Positions 37,346 through 46,078 of a stretch of 64,000 nucleotides of DNA are shown piece after piece. Position 1 is the stretch's first letter. Every line of letters starts with the position of its first letter. The stretch lies in contig JBAYIK010000001.1 in assembly GCA_041665625.1 (NCBI GenBank), positions 68,587-132,586 of the forward strand, given 5' to 3'. A program made the position numbers and the translations under genes. A model generated the notes under the pieces. It searched no databases and had not been told where the DNA came from. It saw only the letters and a list, made by a program, of their open reading frames with translations. The DNA is from Minisyncoccota bacterium (GTDB lineage Bacteria; Patescibacteriota; Minisyncoccia; Phycocordibacterales; XYD1-FULL-46-19).

Positions 37346-38425
37346 CTAATCTTGCAATAGCAGTTTTTTTGTTTTTAAACTACTTAAAATATACTTTAAG
37401 AATCTCATCCTGGTCGCTGTGGCTATACCAGGGTATATTTTCTCATCCATGGCAACAAGACCAACAAATCCGAGATAAACTACGGCTATTTCTTTTATAA
37501 ATAAATCATTTGTCTCGGAAATATATTTTTCTATAAAGATATTTGCCAACTTTTTGTAATAATCATTTTTGAGATAATAGGACATGCAAATTAGATAAGA
37601 ATAAAGACAACCAACATCAACACCTGGTTCGCCAAATTCGAATCTAGAGTAGTCTATGAAGTCGACATCCCCGTTGTCTCTGACGAGAATATTTTTAGGT
37701 ATAAAATCTCCATGAATTAAGCTGATTCTCTGATAATATTTTTGGTAATATTCTATAACCTCGAGCATTTCTTTAAGGTAATCAGCCTTGACCTTTCCTC
37801 GGAAAATCTTACTCTCCCCCAAATTGTTAACAATAAAAGAGATTGATAGCTCTGGATGAATCATTACGTCCTTCAGACATCGGCTGTACTTCTCTCTTTT
37901 TTGGTCCTCTGTAAATTTTGGTTTTATTTTATGAACCTCCGCTAATTTTTTTGCAATATGTCCTATTGTCTCAATGTCACCGGGCAGAATAAGTCCACTC
38001 TTGGGGGTCATTAATAAGTCTTGGTAGATGTTTCCTTCTAAAAAATCTTGGAATTGGAGGGCCATGTCATCTTCTGTGATGGAGGGAAGAGAGACAATTT
38101 TTTTCTCCTTAGCCAAATATAAATAGGACCTTGAGAAATTTTTCCTACCATTGGCCTTGTTGTTAATTTTTTGGCTTAAAACGTAGGATAGGACCTGATC
38201 TTCCTTTCTTTCTAATCCACAAAAAGCCCTCTCTCTGGAGACTTTACAAATATAGGCTTTATCTAAGTTTCCAATAACCTTATCAAAAACCTCAATTTTA
38301 TAGACATCTGACAAAAAACCACCAGGAATTTCCTTTATTTTGATGGAAAAATTTTCTTCTTTAATATTGAACTTAGAAGATAGAATTTTCCTTATCTGTG
38401 TTTCGGCCTCTGGTGACTTTTTCAT
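37346..38425 (-). CDS. phosphotransferase-family kinase (APH/choline-kinase-like fold)
   Basis: Brenner motif LIHGDFIPKNILV and DFIDYSRFEFG; protein kinase-like fold. Confidence 0.65.
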   Translation of the reverse strand: MKKSPEAETQIRKILSSKFNIKEENFSIKIKEIPGGFLSDVYKIEVFDKVIGNLDKAYICKVSRERAFCGLERKEDQVLSYVLSQKINNKANGRKNFSRSYLYLAKEKKIVSLPSITEDDMALQFQDFLEGNIYQDLLMTPKSGLILPGDIETIGHIAKKLAEVHKIKPKFTEDQKREKYSRCLKDVMIHPELSISFIVNNLGESKIFRGKVKADYLKEMLEVIEYYQKYYQRISLIHGDFIPKNILVRDNGDVDFIDYSRFEFGEPGVDVGCLYSYLICMSYYLKNDYYKKLANIFIEKYISETNDLFIKEIAVVYLGFVGLVAMDEKIYPGIATATRMRFLKYILSSLKTKKLLLQD

Positions 38426-38472
38426 AGAAAATGTTATAGTTAGTTTATTGTTAAATTTTATATAGTATTATT

Positions 38473-39474
38473 ATGATTATGAAACCTCAGCACCTTAATG
38501 TCAACGACAATGTTGGAATAGTGAGCCCTTCTTCCCCTATAAACAAGTATCCGAGAAGAACAAAAAGAGGGATCGAATCACTTTCTAGCCTAGGCTTAAA
38601 TGTTTTGTTTGGACCAAATTCACAAAAGGCCCAAGGGCACAATGCTGGAACAGCAAGAGAAAGGGCCGAGGATATTAATAACTTTTTTTCTGACCCTAAT
38701 ATTAAAGGGATAATTGCCTCTACTGGTGGATACAATACAAACGCTATTTTGCCATACTTGGACTTCGAAAATATTAAGAAAAATCCTAAAATTTTTTGTG
38801 GTTTTAGCGATGTTACTGTTTTAAATATTGCTATTTATGCCAAGACAGGGCTAGTGACTTTTAATGGGCCAACAATTCTTCCCACTTTTGGAGATTTTGG
38901 TGGAATTATTAAATATTCTGAAGAATCTTTTAAAAAGGCACTGTTCGATAGCGAGCCGCTAGGGGTTATCGAGTATCCCAAAGAATACACCGAGGACAAT
39001 CCTTGGTGGGAAAAGGATGATAACCAAAAGAGGGAAATGAAAGAGGCTCCAGCTCCAAGGATGATAACTGGTGGGGTTGCGAAGGGGACCTTAATTGTGG
39101 CTAACCTAAATACTTTTTGTATATTAGGAGGAACAGAATATTTCCCAGACTTAAACCAATCTATACTCTTTCTTGAAGAAGAAGGGGAGTCTCCTTCCAG
39201 TATTGAACGCAATCTAATCTATCTAGAACAGCTCGGTGTCTTTTCTAAAATTAAAGGGCTAGTCTTTGCCCGGCCCTCAGGTATGTCGACAAAGTCGGAG
39301 GATCGAACTCTGTATGACGTGCTATCTGAGTTTGGCTCCAAATATAAAATACCAGTAATTGCCGATGTTGATTTTGGTCATACCAACCCGTTAATTACTT
39401 TACCAATTGGAGTAATGGTTGAAATTGACGCTGATAAAGTCCAGATTAATATCATTGAATCGGCCACACTTTAA
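38473..39474 (+). CDS. ldcA: LD-carboxypeptidase (peptidase S66, LdcA/MccF-like)
   Basis: VGIVSPSSPI N-terminal motif, GFSDVTVL nucleophile region, C-terminal ADVDFGHTNP. Confidence 0.8.
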   Translation: MIMKPQHLNVNDNVGIVSPSSPINKYPRRTKRGIESLSSLGLNVLFGPNSQKAQGHNAGTARERAEDINNFFSDPNIKGIIASTGGYNTNAILPYLDFENIKKNPKIFCGFSDVTVLNIAIYAKTGLVTFNGPTILPTFGDFGGIIKYSEESFKKALFDSEPLGVIEYPKEYTEDNPWWEKDDNQKREMKEAPAPRMITGGVAKGTLIVANLNTFCILGGTEYFPDLNQSILFLEEEGESPSSIERNLIYLEQLGVFSKIKGLVFARPSGMSTKSEDRTLYDVLSEFGSKYKIPVIADVDFGHTNPLITLPIGVMVEIDADKVQINIIESATL

Positions 39475-39637
39475 AAAATACCTGTCGTTTAGATATTGAT
39501 GGTCTTTGTCTTTTGTTATTTTAATGATATGAATAAAATACTTATCCTTGCAATAGCCCTAAAATCCTTGTACAGTCAACTCTAACCCTGTTCTTTGTTT
39601 TTAACGTTAACCCCCCTTAGAAAGGAGGTGATTGGTC

Positions 39638-40288
39638 ATGAAGACAGCAATAGACAAGCCTGTGGCGACCGGTGAGGACCATGTGAGCTTCTTGAGACGG
39701 TTTAGGCTCAAAGTGACACCAACTGACCTTAAACGGCTCGATATGGCCTATGACATGGCGAAATACGGCCACCGTAACCAGTTTCGGGAGTCAGGCGAAC
39801 GATACTTCGAGCATGTCAGGAACACGGCGATCATCCTTGTCGATGAACTAGGAGTTTACGACGTTGAGCTGATAATGGCCGCGTTGCTCCATGACATCTT
39901 GGAGGATAGCTTCCTACTCAAAGGTGATCGAACCGAAATGATCTTTGGGGCTCGCGTGGCTTACATAACCACAACAGTCTCTAAGCTCCCCAAGGACGAT
40001 CCACGTTTTGCTACGCCGAAGCAACGACTACTCTTCTATCATCAGCAGATCAAGAATGGCAACTGGGAGGTTAAGTTGGTCAAATTGGCCGACCGCCTCC
40101 ACAATCTGCGGACATTAATGAGTTGCTCGTTGGAGAAACAAAAGCGTAAACTGGCCGAAACGAAAAGGTCCTATCTGCCTCTGGTCCGTGATCTCAGCAG
40201 TGATTACCGCGAAACGGCCAAGCAACTCGAGACGGCTTTTCGCCAAGCCATCGCGACCGTTCAGAAGTCCATAGCCTCCGCATGGTGA
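39638..40288 (+). CDS. HD-domain (p)ppGpp-hydrolase-like protein (RelA/SpoT N-terminal hydrolase type)
   Basis: AGGAGG 39622-39627 then ATG 39638; AKYGHRNQFRESGERYFEHVRNTAIIL...AALLHDILED matches the RelA/SpoT HD hydrolase signature; locally higher GC. Confidence 0.6.
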   Translation: MKTAIDKPVATGEDHVSFLRRFRLKVTPTDLKRLDMAYDMAKYGHRNQFRESGERYFEHVRNTAIILVDELGVYDVELIMAALLHDILEDSFLLKGDRTEMIFGARVAYITTTVSKLPKDDPRFATPKQRLLFYHQQIKNGNWEVKLVKLADRLHNLRTLMSCSLEKQKRKLAETKRSYLPLVRDLSSDYRETAKQLETAFRQAIATVQKSIASAW

Positions 40289-40375
40289 GGAGTCTCGTTC
40301 TCAGCCCCGATTTTCGCAGTATGCGGATGTCGGGGTCTTATTTTGATAAGTGAAATAATTTGGTAGAATGAAGAT

Positions 40376-40879
40376 ATGATTATCTTTTTAAACGGCTCAA
40401 TAAATTCTGGTAAGACCACTGTGGCGAAGATTCTCGCCCAAAAGCTTTCTAACGTGGCAATTGTTGAGATTGACGCTCTTCGAGCGATGATTGAGTGGAT
40501 GCCAATTGATCAAGCAATACCAGTTAATCTTGAGAATGCCATCTCTGTTATTAGAAATTTCTCTAAGAGGGGATTGGATGTGATAGTTCCCTACCCACTT
40601 TCTCAGAAGAATTATGAGTATCTAACTGCGGGGGTTAAAGACCTTGAAGCTGAGCCTCACGTATTCACCCTCGCCCCAAACCTAGAAAAGGTTCTCACAA
40701 ATCGAGGGAGCCGAGAATTAAGTGGAGAAGAACAAGAGCGAATTAAATATCATTATGATATTGGTATCCACAGTCCCAGCTTTGGAGAAATAATTGATAA
40801 TTCTGACCAAACTCCAGAAGAGACGGCTGATTATATTCTCTCAAAAATAAATAAACACCTAGAAGTCAGGCCCTACTAA
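40376..40879 (+). CDS. P-loop NTPase/kinase-like protein
   Basis: Walker A FLNGSINSGKTTV at N-terminus; small (167 aa) AAA_33/zeta-toxin-like kinase architecture. Confidence 0.55.
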   Translation: MIIFLNGSINSGKTTVAKILAQKLSNVAIVEIDALRAMIEWMPIDQAIPVNLENAISVIRNFSKRGLDVIVPYPLSQKNYEYLTAGVKDLEAEPHVFTLAPNLEKVLTNRGSRELSGEEQERIKYHYDIGIHSPSFGEIIDNSDQTPEETADYILSKINKHLEVRPY

Positions 40880-41022
40880 TCCCCTTTATTTTCTCGAAGC
40901 ACTTGCTCAATCAGGATATCTGCGAGTTGCTCTTCGATTTGTTTCAATCTTTCTATTCCTCGACCTGTGAGTTCATTAGCGTAATCACCTAAAGATTTTG
41001 TAAATTCTTCTAAAGAGACCAT
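40876..41022 (-). CDS. small acidic helical protein (48 aa), not in ORF track
   Basis: Hand-translated MVSLEEFTKSLGDYANELTGRGIERLKQIEEQLADILIEQVLRENKGD; AGGA 9 nt upstream of the ATG; overlaps the convergent kinase stop by 4 nt. Confidence 0.3.
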   Translation of the reverse strand: MVSLEEFTKSLGDYANELTGRGIERLKQIEEQLADILIEQVLRENKGD

Positions 41023-41033
41023 CTAAATTTATC

Positions 41034-41192
41034 CTAATTATATTTGTTAAAAATCTTATCTAACTGGTGATCAATAATAGCGTCTAGTGTTTTGTCTAGT
41101 TGAGCTATTTCTTGGTCATCTAATCCGATTGTTTTGAGGTTAGAAATACACTCCTTAAGAGACAGATACTCCTCTTTGTAATTATTAGACAT
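41034..41192 (-). CDS. small acidic helical protein (52 aa), not in ORF track
   Basis: Hand-translated MSNNYKEEYLSLKECISNLKTIGLDDQEIAQLDKTLDAIIDHQLDKIFNKYN; its stop is 12 nt upstream of the next small ORF's start (tandem pair). Confidence 0.3.
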   Translation of the reverse strand: MSNNYKEEYLSLKECISNLKTIGLDDQEIAQLDKTLDAIIDHQLDKIFNKYN

Positions 41193-41304
41193 TTATCTTC
41201 TAATAATAGACTTTTTGTGGCCGAAATTAAAGGGCTAAAAGTCTTCTTTATTTAAACTTAAATCTGTGGTAGTATTTAAAGACAATTTAATATTAGAAGT
41301 AGCC

Positions 41305-41450
41305 TAAACCAGTGAGTAATCGCTGGCATGGTGAATAAGCCCAGTCAAACGTAAAGAACCCAACATGTGGGGCCGTTTGACTGGCTGTATCGGGAAACCG
41401 ATGCAGAGGGCGCAAGCTCTCACTCACGTGTTGGGCTTTTTGGTTTCTAA
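41305..41450 (+). ncRNA. candidate structured RNA (unknown family) with GNRA hairpin and long-range stem ending in a T-tract
   Basis: GC-rich 145-nt island in an AT-rich intergenic region. ccagtcaaacg/cgtttgactgg 11-bp stem, atcgg-GAAA-ccgat tetraloop hairpin, cccaacatgtg pairing with cacgtgttggg followed by ctttttggttt. Confidence 0.3.
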
Positions 41451-41479
41451 CAAAAAATTATTAATTAATAAAATATTCT

Positions 41480-41992
41480 ATGGGCTTTTTCTCAAACATC
41501 TCTTCTCAGGGGAAATTTAATAAAAAATTGACGACGGTTTCGACACATCGGAATAAAATTTTGATGTCAGAAATTAAGTCAGTTCACCCATTGTTTACAA
41601 TCATTCCGATGTACCTGGGATCTTTTTATCAAGGAGTATTAACAGATGACAAAGCTAGTGTATTTTTTGAGATATTAGCCGAAGCCACCGAACAACAAAT
41701 TGATTTTGTTAATAGACTCCTCACTGTATGGTTTTTTTGGTCCGCCGACCGTCTTATGGATATAAAAGTTTTAAAAGAGAGAAGTGTCGTTGTCGGTTTT
41801 AGTAAGGTTTGGTCTCTGTCGGATGTTGAATTAAAATCTCTGGTTTCTTCTCTGGATGCATCTGGTCAAGGTAAAGATATTTTATATTTGTGGAAGAAGA
41901 TAGAGGAAGTCCTCAATCATGGAGATATTAATCCGCTATATGTTTTTCCTCATTTGAGAAATGCAATGACATCAGTCTTGCAAGGTAGGTAA
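41480..41992 (+). CDS. hypothetical protein
   Basis: 170-aa ORF, no motif recognised. Confidence 0.45.
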   Translation: MGFFSNISSQGKFNKKLTTVSTHRNKILMSEIKSVHPLFTIIPMYLGSFYQGVLTDDKASVFFEILAEATEQQIDFVNRLLTVWFFWSADRLMDIKVLKERSVVVGFSKVWSLSDVELKSLVSSLDASGQGKDILYLWKKIEEVLNHGDINPLYVFPHLRNAMTSVLQGR

Positions 41993-42030
41993 TATAAATT
42001 TTAAAAAATTATTAACTAATAAATAATATT

Positions 42031-43584
42031 ATGAAGAAGGTCTATCTTGGTCTCTTTGCTCTCGCCATATCGCTCTCGGCTCTTGGCGTTTATGCAACAA
42101 TGGCTCCTGTCTTGCTATTCTCTGACAGCTTCGAGGGCGGTAATTTTAACAATTGGACCACGGCGGATAAAGGAGCGTACAAGTGGGCAGTCTTGCCCGG
42201 CATCTTAATTAAGGTTCAAGATGGTAAAAAAGACGCTGAAGTTTCGAGAATTCTTAAGAAGCCTAGCACTGATTGGAAATTAGCCAAAAACATTTCTACT
42301 GTTGGCTACGATAACCTAACCCTTAGCTTCTATTATCTAATTCCTAGACTTGGTCATCTGGAATCTAATGACCATTTTGTTGTCGAATGCTTCGACGGGA
42401 CCACTTGGCAGAAAGTTGGGGATATCACAAATACAGATACGGGTAAATCTTGGCAGTTAGCGAGCTTCTCTTTGCCTGCAGGCACTAACAACAATACCAA
42501 CTTCGCCTTTCGTCTAAGAGCCCAATTTAGCCCAGAGGTAAAAGGTTTAGACGCTCTTGATACGGTGATTATTGATAATGTTAAGTTGATGGGCCAGGCC
42601 ATACCACCGGCTATTACAACTTATGTTATTACCGCCTCTGCTGGTGAAGGTGGAACTATCTCACCTTCTGGGCCCGTTTCAGTTAAAGCGGGAAGTGACA
42701 TTAACTTTATCATTACTGCCAATCCTGGTTATCAAAACGCGAATAAAAAAGTTGATGGAGCTAATGTTGGAGGGCAAATTGGGGCGAATGATTCCTATAA
42801 CTTTACTTCTGTTAACGCGAACCACATAATAGAGGTTTTCTTTATGAAAGGGAATGACGCTAATCTGGGCGATTTGACCTTAAGTAATGGGACCCTCTCG
42901 CCAGCCTTTCATCCCAATAAGCTTGCTTATGAGGTCGAGTTACCAGAAGACACGACAGTTGTCCCCACTGTGAACGTGAGGACAAATGACCGATTTGCTA
43001 TAGCTGAAGTAGCTCCAGCTATAACCATTCCTGGGACCACAACAATTAGAGTCATGGCTCAGGATGGAGTTTCTGAGCTAACTTATACCGTAGCCTTTAC
43101 TGTTGCCAAACATCTTCCTTTGGCAACTCTTAATGTTTCTCTTAGCCCTTATAGCCCTAATTCTTCCACTATTTTTGCCACTGGGGGTGAAAAGGAAAAT
43201 ATTCCTCTTCTTGCCTTTGACATCAAGGCTCAAAGAGGTGATGCTGTTGTCACTAGTCTAAAAGCTTCAATCTTAAAATTAGGGATTGGTACGGCAGATA
43301 TAACCGCCGTTTACTTGTATGATGGGCCGGCCCTGATTGCTTCTGCCATCGTTGACCCTAATGGACTGGTGAGCTTTTATGATATTACCACTGTTATTCT
43401 TAGGGACTCTAGGAAGACTTTTACCTTGAAGATTAATATCAAAAATATCTCTGGTGGGCCCGTCACTTTGTCTTCTTCTGTTAACGGATCAGATATTATT
43501 GCTAGCGACGCTAACGATGACGCTGTTGTCCCTGAGGGTTCAGCTGTTGGGACTGACATGACTATCATAAATTCTGAATTCTAA
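42031..43584 (+). CDS. secreted protein with cadherin-like beta-sandwich domain
   Basis: Signal peptide (LGLFALAISLSALGVYA); LGDLTLSNGTLSPAFHPNKLAYEVELPEDTTVVPTVNV matches the cadherin-like beta-sandwich consensus. Confidence 0.65.
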   Translation: MKKVYLGLFALAISLSALGVYATMAPVLLFSDSFEGGNFNNWTTADKGAYKWAVLPGILIKVQDGKKDAEVSRILKKPSTDWKLAKNISTVGYDNLTLSFYYLIPRLGHLESNDHFVVECFDGTTWQKVGDITNTDTGKSWQLASFSLPAGTNNNTNFAFRLRAQFSPEVKGLDALDTVIIDNVKLMGQAIPPAITTYVITASAGEGGTISPSGPVSVKAGSDINFIITANPGYQNANKKVDGANVGGQIGANDSYNFTSVNANHIIEVFFMKGNDANLGDLTLSNGTLSPAFHPNKLAYEVELPEDTTVVPTVNVRTNDRFAIAEVAPAITIPGTTTIRVMAQDGVSELTYTVAFTVAKHLPLATLNVSLSPYSPNSSTIFATGGEKENIPLLAFDIKAQRGDAVVTSLKASILKLGIGTADITAVYLYDGPALIASAIVDPNGLVSFYDITTVILRDSRKTFTLKINIKNISGGPVTLSSSVNGSDIIASDANDDAVVPEGSAVGTDMTIINSEF

Positions 43585-43600
43585 GAACAATCACGCACTC

Positions 43601-43639
43601 AAAAATGGCACTAACCCCTAGGGGCTAGTGCCATTTTTG
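43601..43639. terminator. bidirectional rho-independent terminator
   Basis: aaaaATGGCACTAACCCC-TA-GGGGCTAGTGCCATttttt 14-bp stem with one mismatch, A-run before and T-run after. Confidence 0.75.
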
Positions 43640-43801
43640 TTTCGTCGCTATTAAGCACGTAGGTATAGGGCCAAAGATTTGGCAGTGACTATTCTCGCAT
43701 ATTCTTAGGCTAGTCGGCCGTGATATCTTAGAATATGTCCCAGCGATATATTCGCATCTCTACATCTACGCACTGGATAGCGACGAATGGGTTTTTCCTC
43801 T

Positions 43802-44479
43802 TTACTTAAGCCCAACAAACGAGCTGATCTGTTCGCTGGCCTCTTGCCTTGTCATGGTCAACAGAGAACTCAAGGATTCTTCCCTCTCGTTCTCATCGGG
43901 GACATGATCATAGATGAGCTGTGTCAGGTAGTTTTTTTGTCGTTCGCTAATCATAGGTACGCCATCAGACCTTTCTTCTTCTATCTGAATCGGACCGCCA
44001 TAATTCGCTCGATCGTCTAAATCCATGGTGAAGTAAGCGGAGATGTTAGCCGAGCGTATGATTGCCGATAAAAATGCGGATTTCTCAGCGAGCTTAATAG
44101 TCTTGTTTTCGTCATTGTCATTGCGAGATAATGATGCGCATCCACGACCTTCCCCAGCTACTATCCCTGTTGGGTGGTAAATAATGCACTTAAAGGCCAC
44201 TAAATTCTTAGCATCGCTAAAAGAGGCCAAAGTGTCTCGATCAAGCTCAAAACGACTGGTAAAGCCGAAAATTTGCGCAATGCGTTCGCCACCTCCTTTG
44301 CTTAGGACCTTCTTGCCATCAATGACATTGTAGTCTTGGCCTTTTTGGAGAATCGGTAAAACCTTGTCGATAAAATATCTCCTTTTTAACAACATCAAGT
44401 TAACACCTTGCTTGAAGTAATCTAAAGTATTAAGAACTTCACTAACTCTAATTGCTCCTGGTTTGTTAAGAGTTTCCAT
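43802..44479 (-). CDS. hypothetical protein
   Basis: 225-aa ORF, no motif recognised. Confidence 0.45.
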   Translation of the reverse strand: METLNKPGAIRVSEVLNTLDYFKQGVNLMLLKRRYFIDKVLPILQKGQDYNVIDGKKVLSKGGGERIAQIFGFTSRFELDRDTLASFSDAKNLVAFKCIIYHPTGIVAGEGRGCASLSRNDNDENKTIKLAEKSAFLSAIIRSANISAYFTMDLDDRANYGGPIQIEEERSDGVPMISERQKNYLTQLIYDHVPDENEREESLSSLLTMTRQEASEQISSFVGLK

Positions 44480-44491
44480 AACGATTATTAA

Positions 44492-44788
44492 TTAGTTTTT
44501 TGCTAATGGCTGGACCTGGAGCCGGTGAAAAAGGGCAATCCGTTTCGGGTATTTTTTGAGGACTTGGCCGTCCTGATCTTTCTTCTCTACCATAGTTAGA
44601 CTGGAGAGAGACTTCTCGCCTTTTTTGACGACAAAGCCTAACTTAATCCATTCACGAAAGGTTCTAGCGTCTTGATAGGGGTCAAAGGACTCGGCAACTT
44701 CTTCTGAGAAGCGTTGAGCGATCTGTGCCTTCACGTCCTCATAGGTGCGAAGTGACCCACGATAATTTGTCTTAGTTAAAGTGACCAT
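44492..44788 (-). CDS. hypothetical small basic protein
   Basis: 98-aa ORF 12 nt upstream of 43802..44479 on the same strand. Confidence 0.45.
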   Translation of the reverse strand: MVTLTKTNYRGSLRTYEDVKAQIAQRFSEEVAESFDPYQDARTFREWIKLGFVVKKGEKSLSSLTMVEKKDQDGQVLKKYPKRIALFHRLQVQPLAKN

Positions 44789-45105
44789 AATAATTAAAGG
44801 TTAACGAGTAAAGACCTCGCTGGACTAGAGTGAGGAAAGGGGTGAAGTAACCAAGTCATCGACCTATTTCTTAATCACTTCAATTATTTAGTCGATAAAT
44901 TCTTAGGGGGGTACCCGGGGTTGTTCGGTTAACATCCCTAGATTGTGGCTGGTACCATAAGGTAGCGGGGACATTCTCGCCCGTGGCGACTATTTCCAAT
45001 CTCTATTAAAAAGGCCTAATCTGACCACCCTTAGATTAGGGAAAAATTTTTGTAAAAATTTGCCAAAAGTGCTATCATCTTGTCAAGTATGAAGTTATTC
45101 TCATA

Positions 45106-46074
45106 TTGAGGAATAAGGACATTCTCCCAGTTTTTAGTAAACAAAATATGAAAAGTTATTATCGAATAATGCTTGGCCACAGGAGTATCTATGCCGAGGA
45201 TGCGTACAAGGGTAATTTTATCGCTGCCGGCTTTATTAAAGACAAAGACCTGGTTAACCATCTTTTTGACAGTCGTCGCGAGTTCAACGAGGAGTTTATT
45301 CCTATTTTTTTGAAACAAAATCCAGACAAGACAAAAGTTGGTGCTGGTCTTGCTTGTGGAATGCTTTGGACAATTGTCAAAGGTATACAAATTGGCGATA
45401 TTATTCTTTGTCCTGACGGTAAAGGAAATTATTATGTTGGTGAAGTTGTTGGCGGTTATGAGTATCGCAAGGGTGAAATTTTGCCCCATCGTCGGCCTGT
45501 TCACTGGTTTCCAAAAACAATCTCAAGAAACGAGATGAGCCAGTCATTAAAAAACTCAACTGGGGCGATTGGAACAGTCAGTGATATTAGTCGATATTCT
45601 TCTGAATTAGAATCCTTGCTTTCCGGGAATAACCCTCAGGCAATTATTACTGTAGATGACACTATTGAAGATCCCAGTGTTTTTGCTCTAGAAAAGCACC
45701 TAGAAGATTTCCTTGTCCATAATTGGAAGCATACTGAGTTAGGAAAACATTATGATATTTATGAGGAAGAAGGAGAAATTGTGGGACAGCAGTATCCAAG
45801 CGATACGGGGCCAATTGATATTCTGGCAATAAGTAAAGATAAAAAAGAAATATTGGTGGTAGAGCTTAAAAGAGGAAGAATAAGTGATGTCGTTGTGGGG
45901 CAAATTCAACGCTATATGGGTTATGTTAAAGAAGAGTTACTAGAAAAGAACCAGACAGTCCGTGGGGCCATAATTGCATTTGAGGATGATGTCAGGGTTC
46001 ATCGTGCCCTTTCTGTCGCAGCAAATATAGATTTTTATACGTATAAGGTTCATTTTGAATTAAGGAAAAAATAG
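45106..46074 (+). CDS. PUA(EVE)-like N-terminal domain fused to NucS/DUF91-like PD-(D/E)xK nuclease; putative Type IV modification-dependent restriction enzyme
   Basis: N-terminal LWTIVKGIQIGDIILCPDGKGNYYVGEVVGGYEY resembles the EVE/PUA beta-barrel pattern; C-terminal GPIDILAISKDKKEILVVELKRGRISDVVVGQIQRYMGYV matches the NucS-type PD-(D/E)xK core. Real start may be Met at 45148. Confidence 0.55.
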   Translation: MRNKDILPVFSKQNMKSYYRIMLGHRSIYAEDAYKGNFIAAGFIKDKDLVNHLFDSRREFNEEFIPIFLKQNPDKTKVGAGLACGMLWTIVKGIQIGDIILCPDGKGNYYVGEVVGGYEYRKGEILPHRRPVHWFPKTISRNEMSQSLKNSTGAIGTVSDISRYSSELESLLSGNNPQAIITVDDTIEDPSVFALEKHLEDFLVHNWKHTELGKHYDIYEEEGEIVGQQYPSDTGPIDILAISKDKKEILVVELKRGRISDVVVGQIQRYMGYVKEELLEKNQTVRGAIIAFEDDVRVHRALSVAANIDFYTYKVHFELRKK

Positions 46075-46078
46075 GTAT

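Noticed and set aside
43640-43800. Imperfect inverted repeats (atattcttag ... cttagaatat) as terminal inverted repeats of the element
   Set aside because: Mismatched at the centre and unmatched at the integrase end; insufficient evidence
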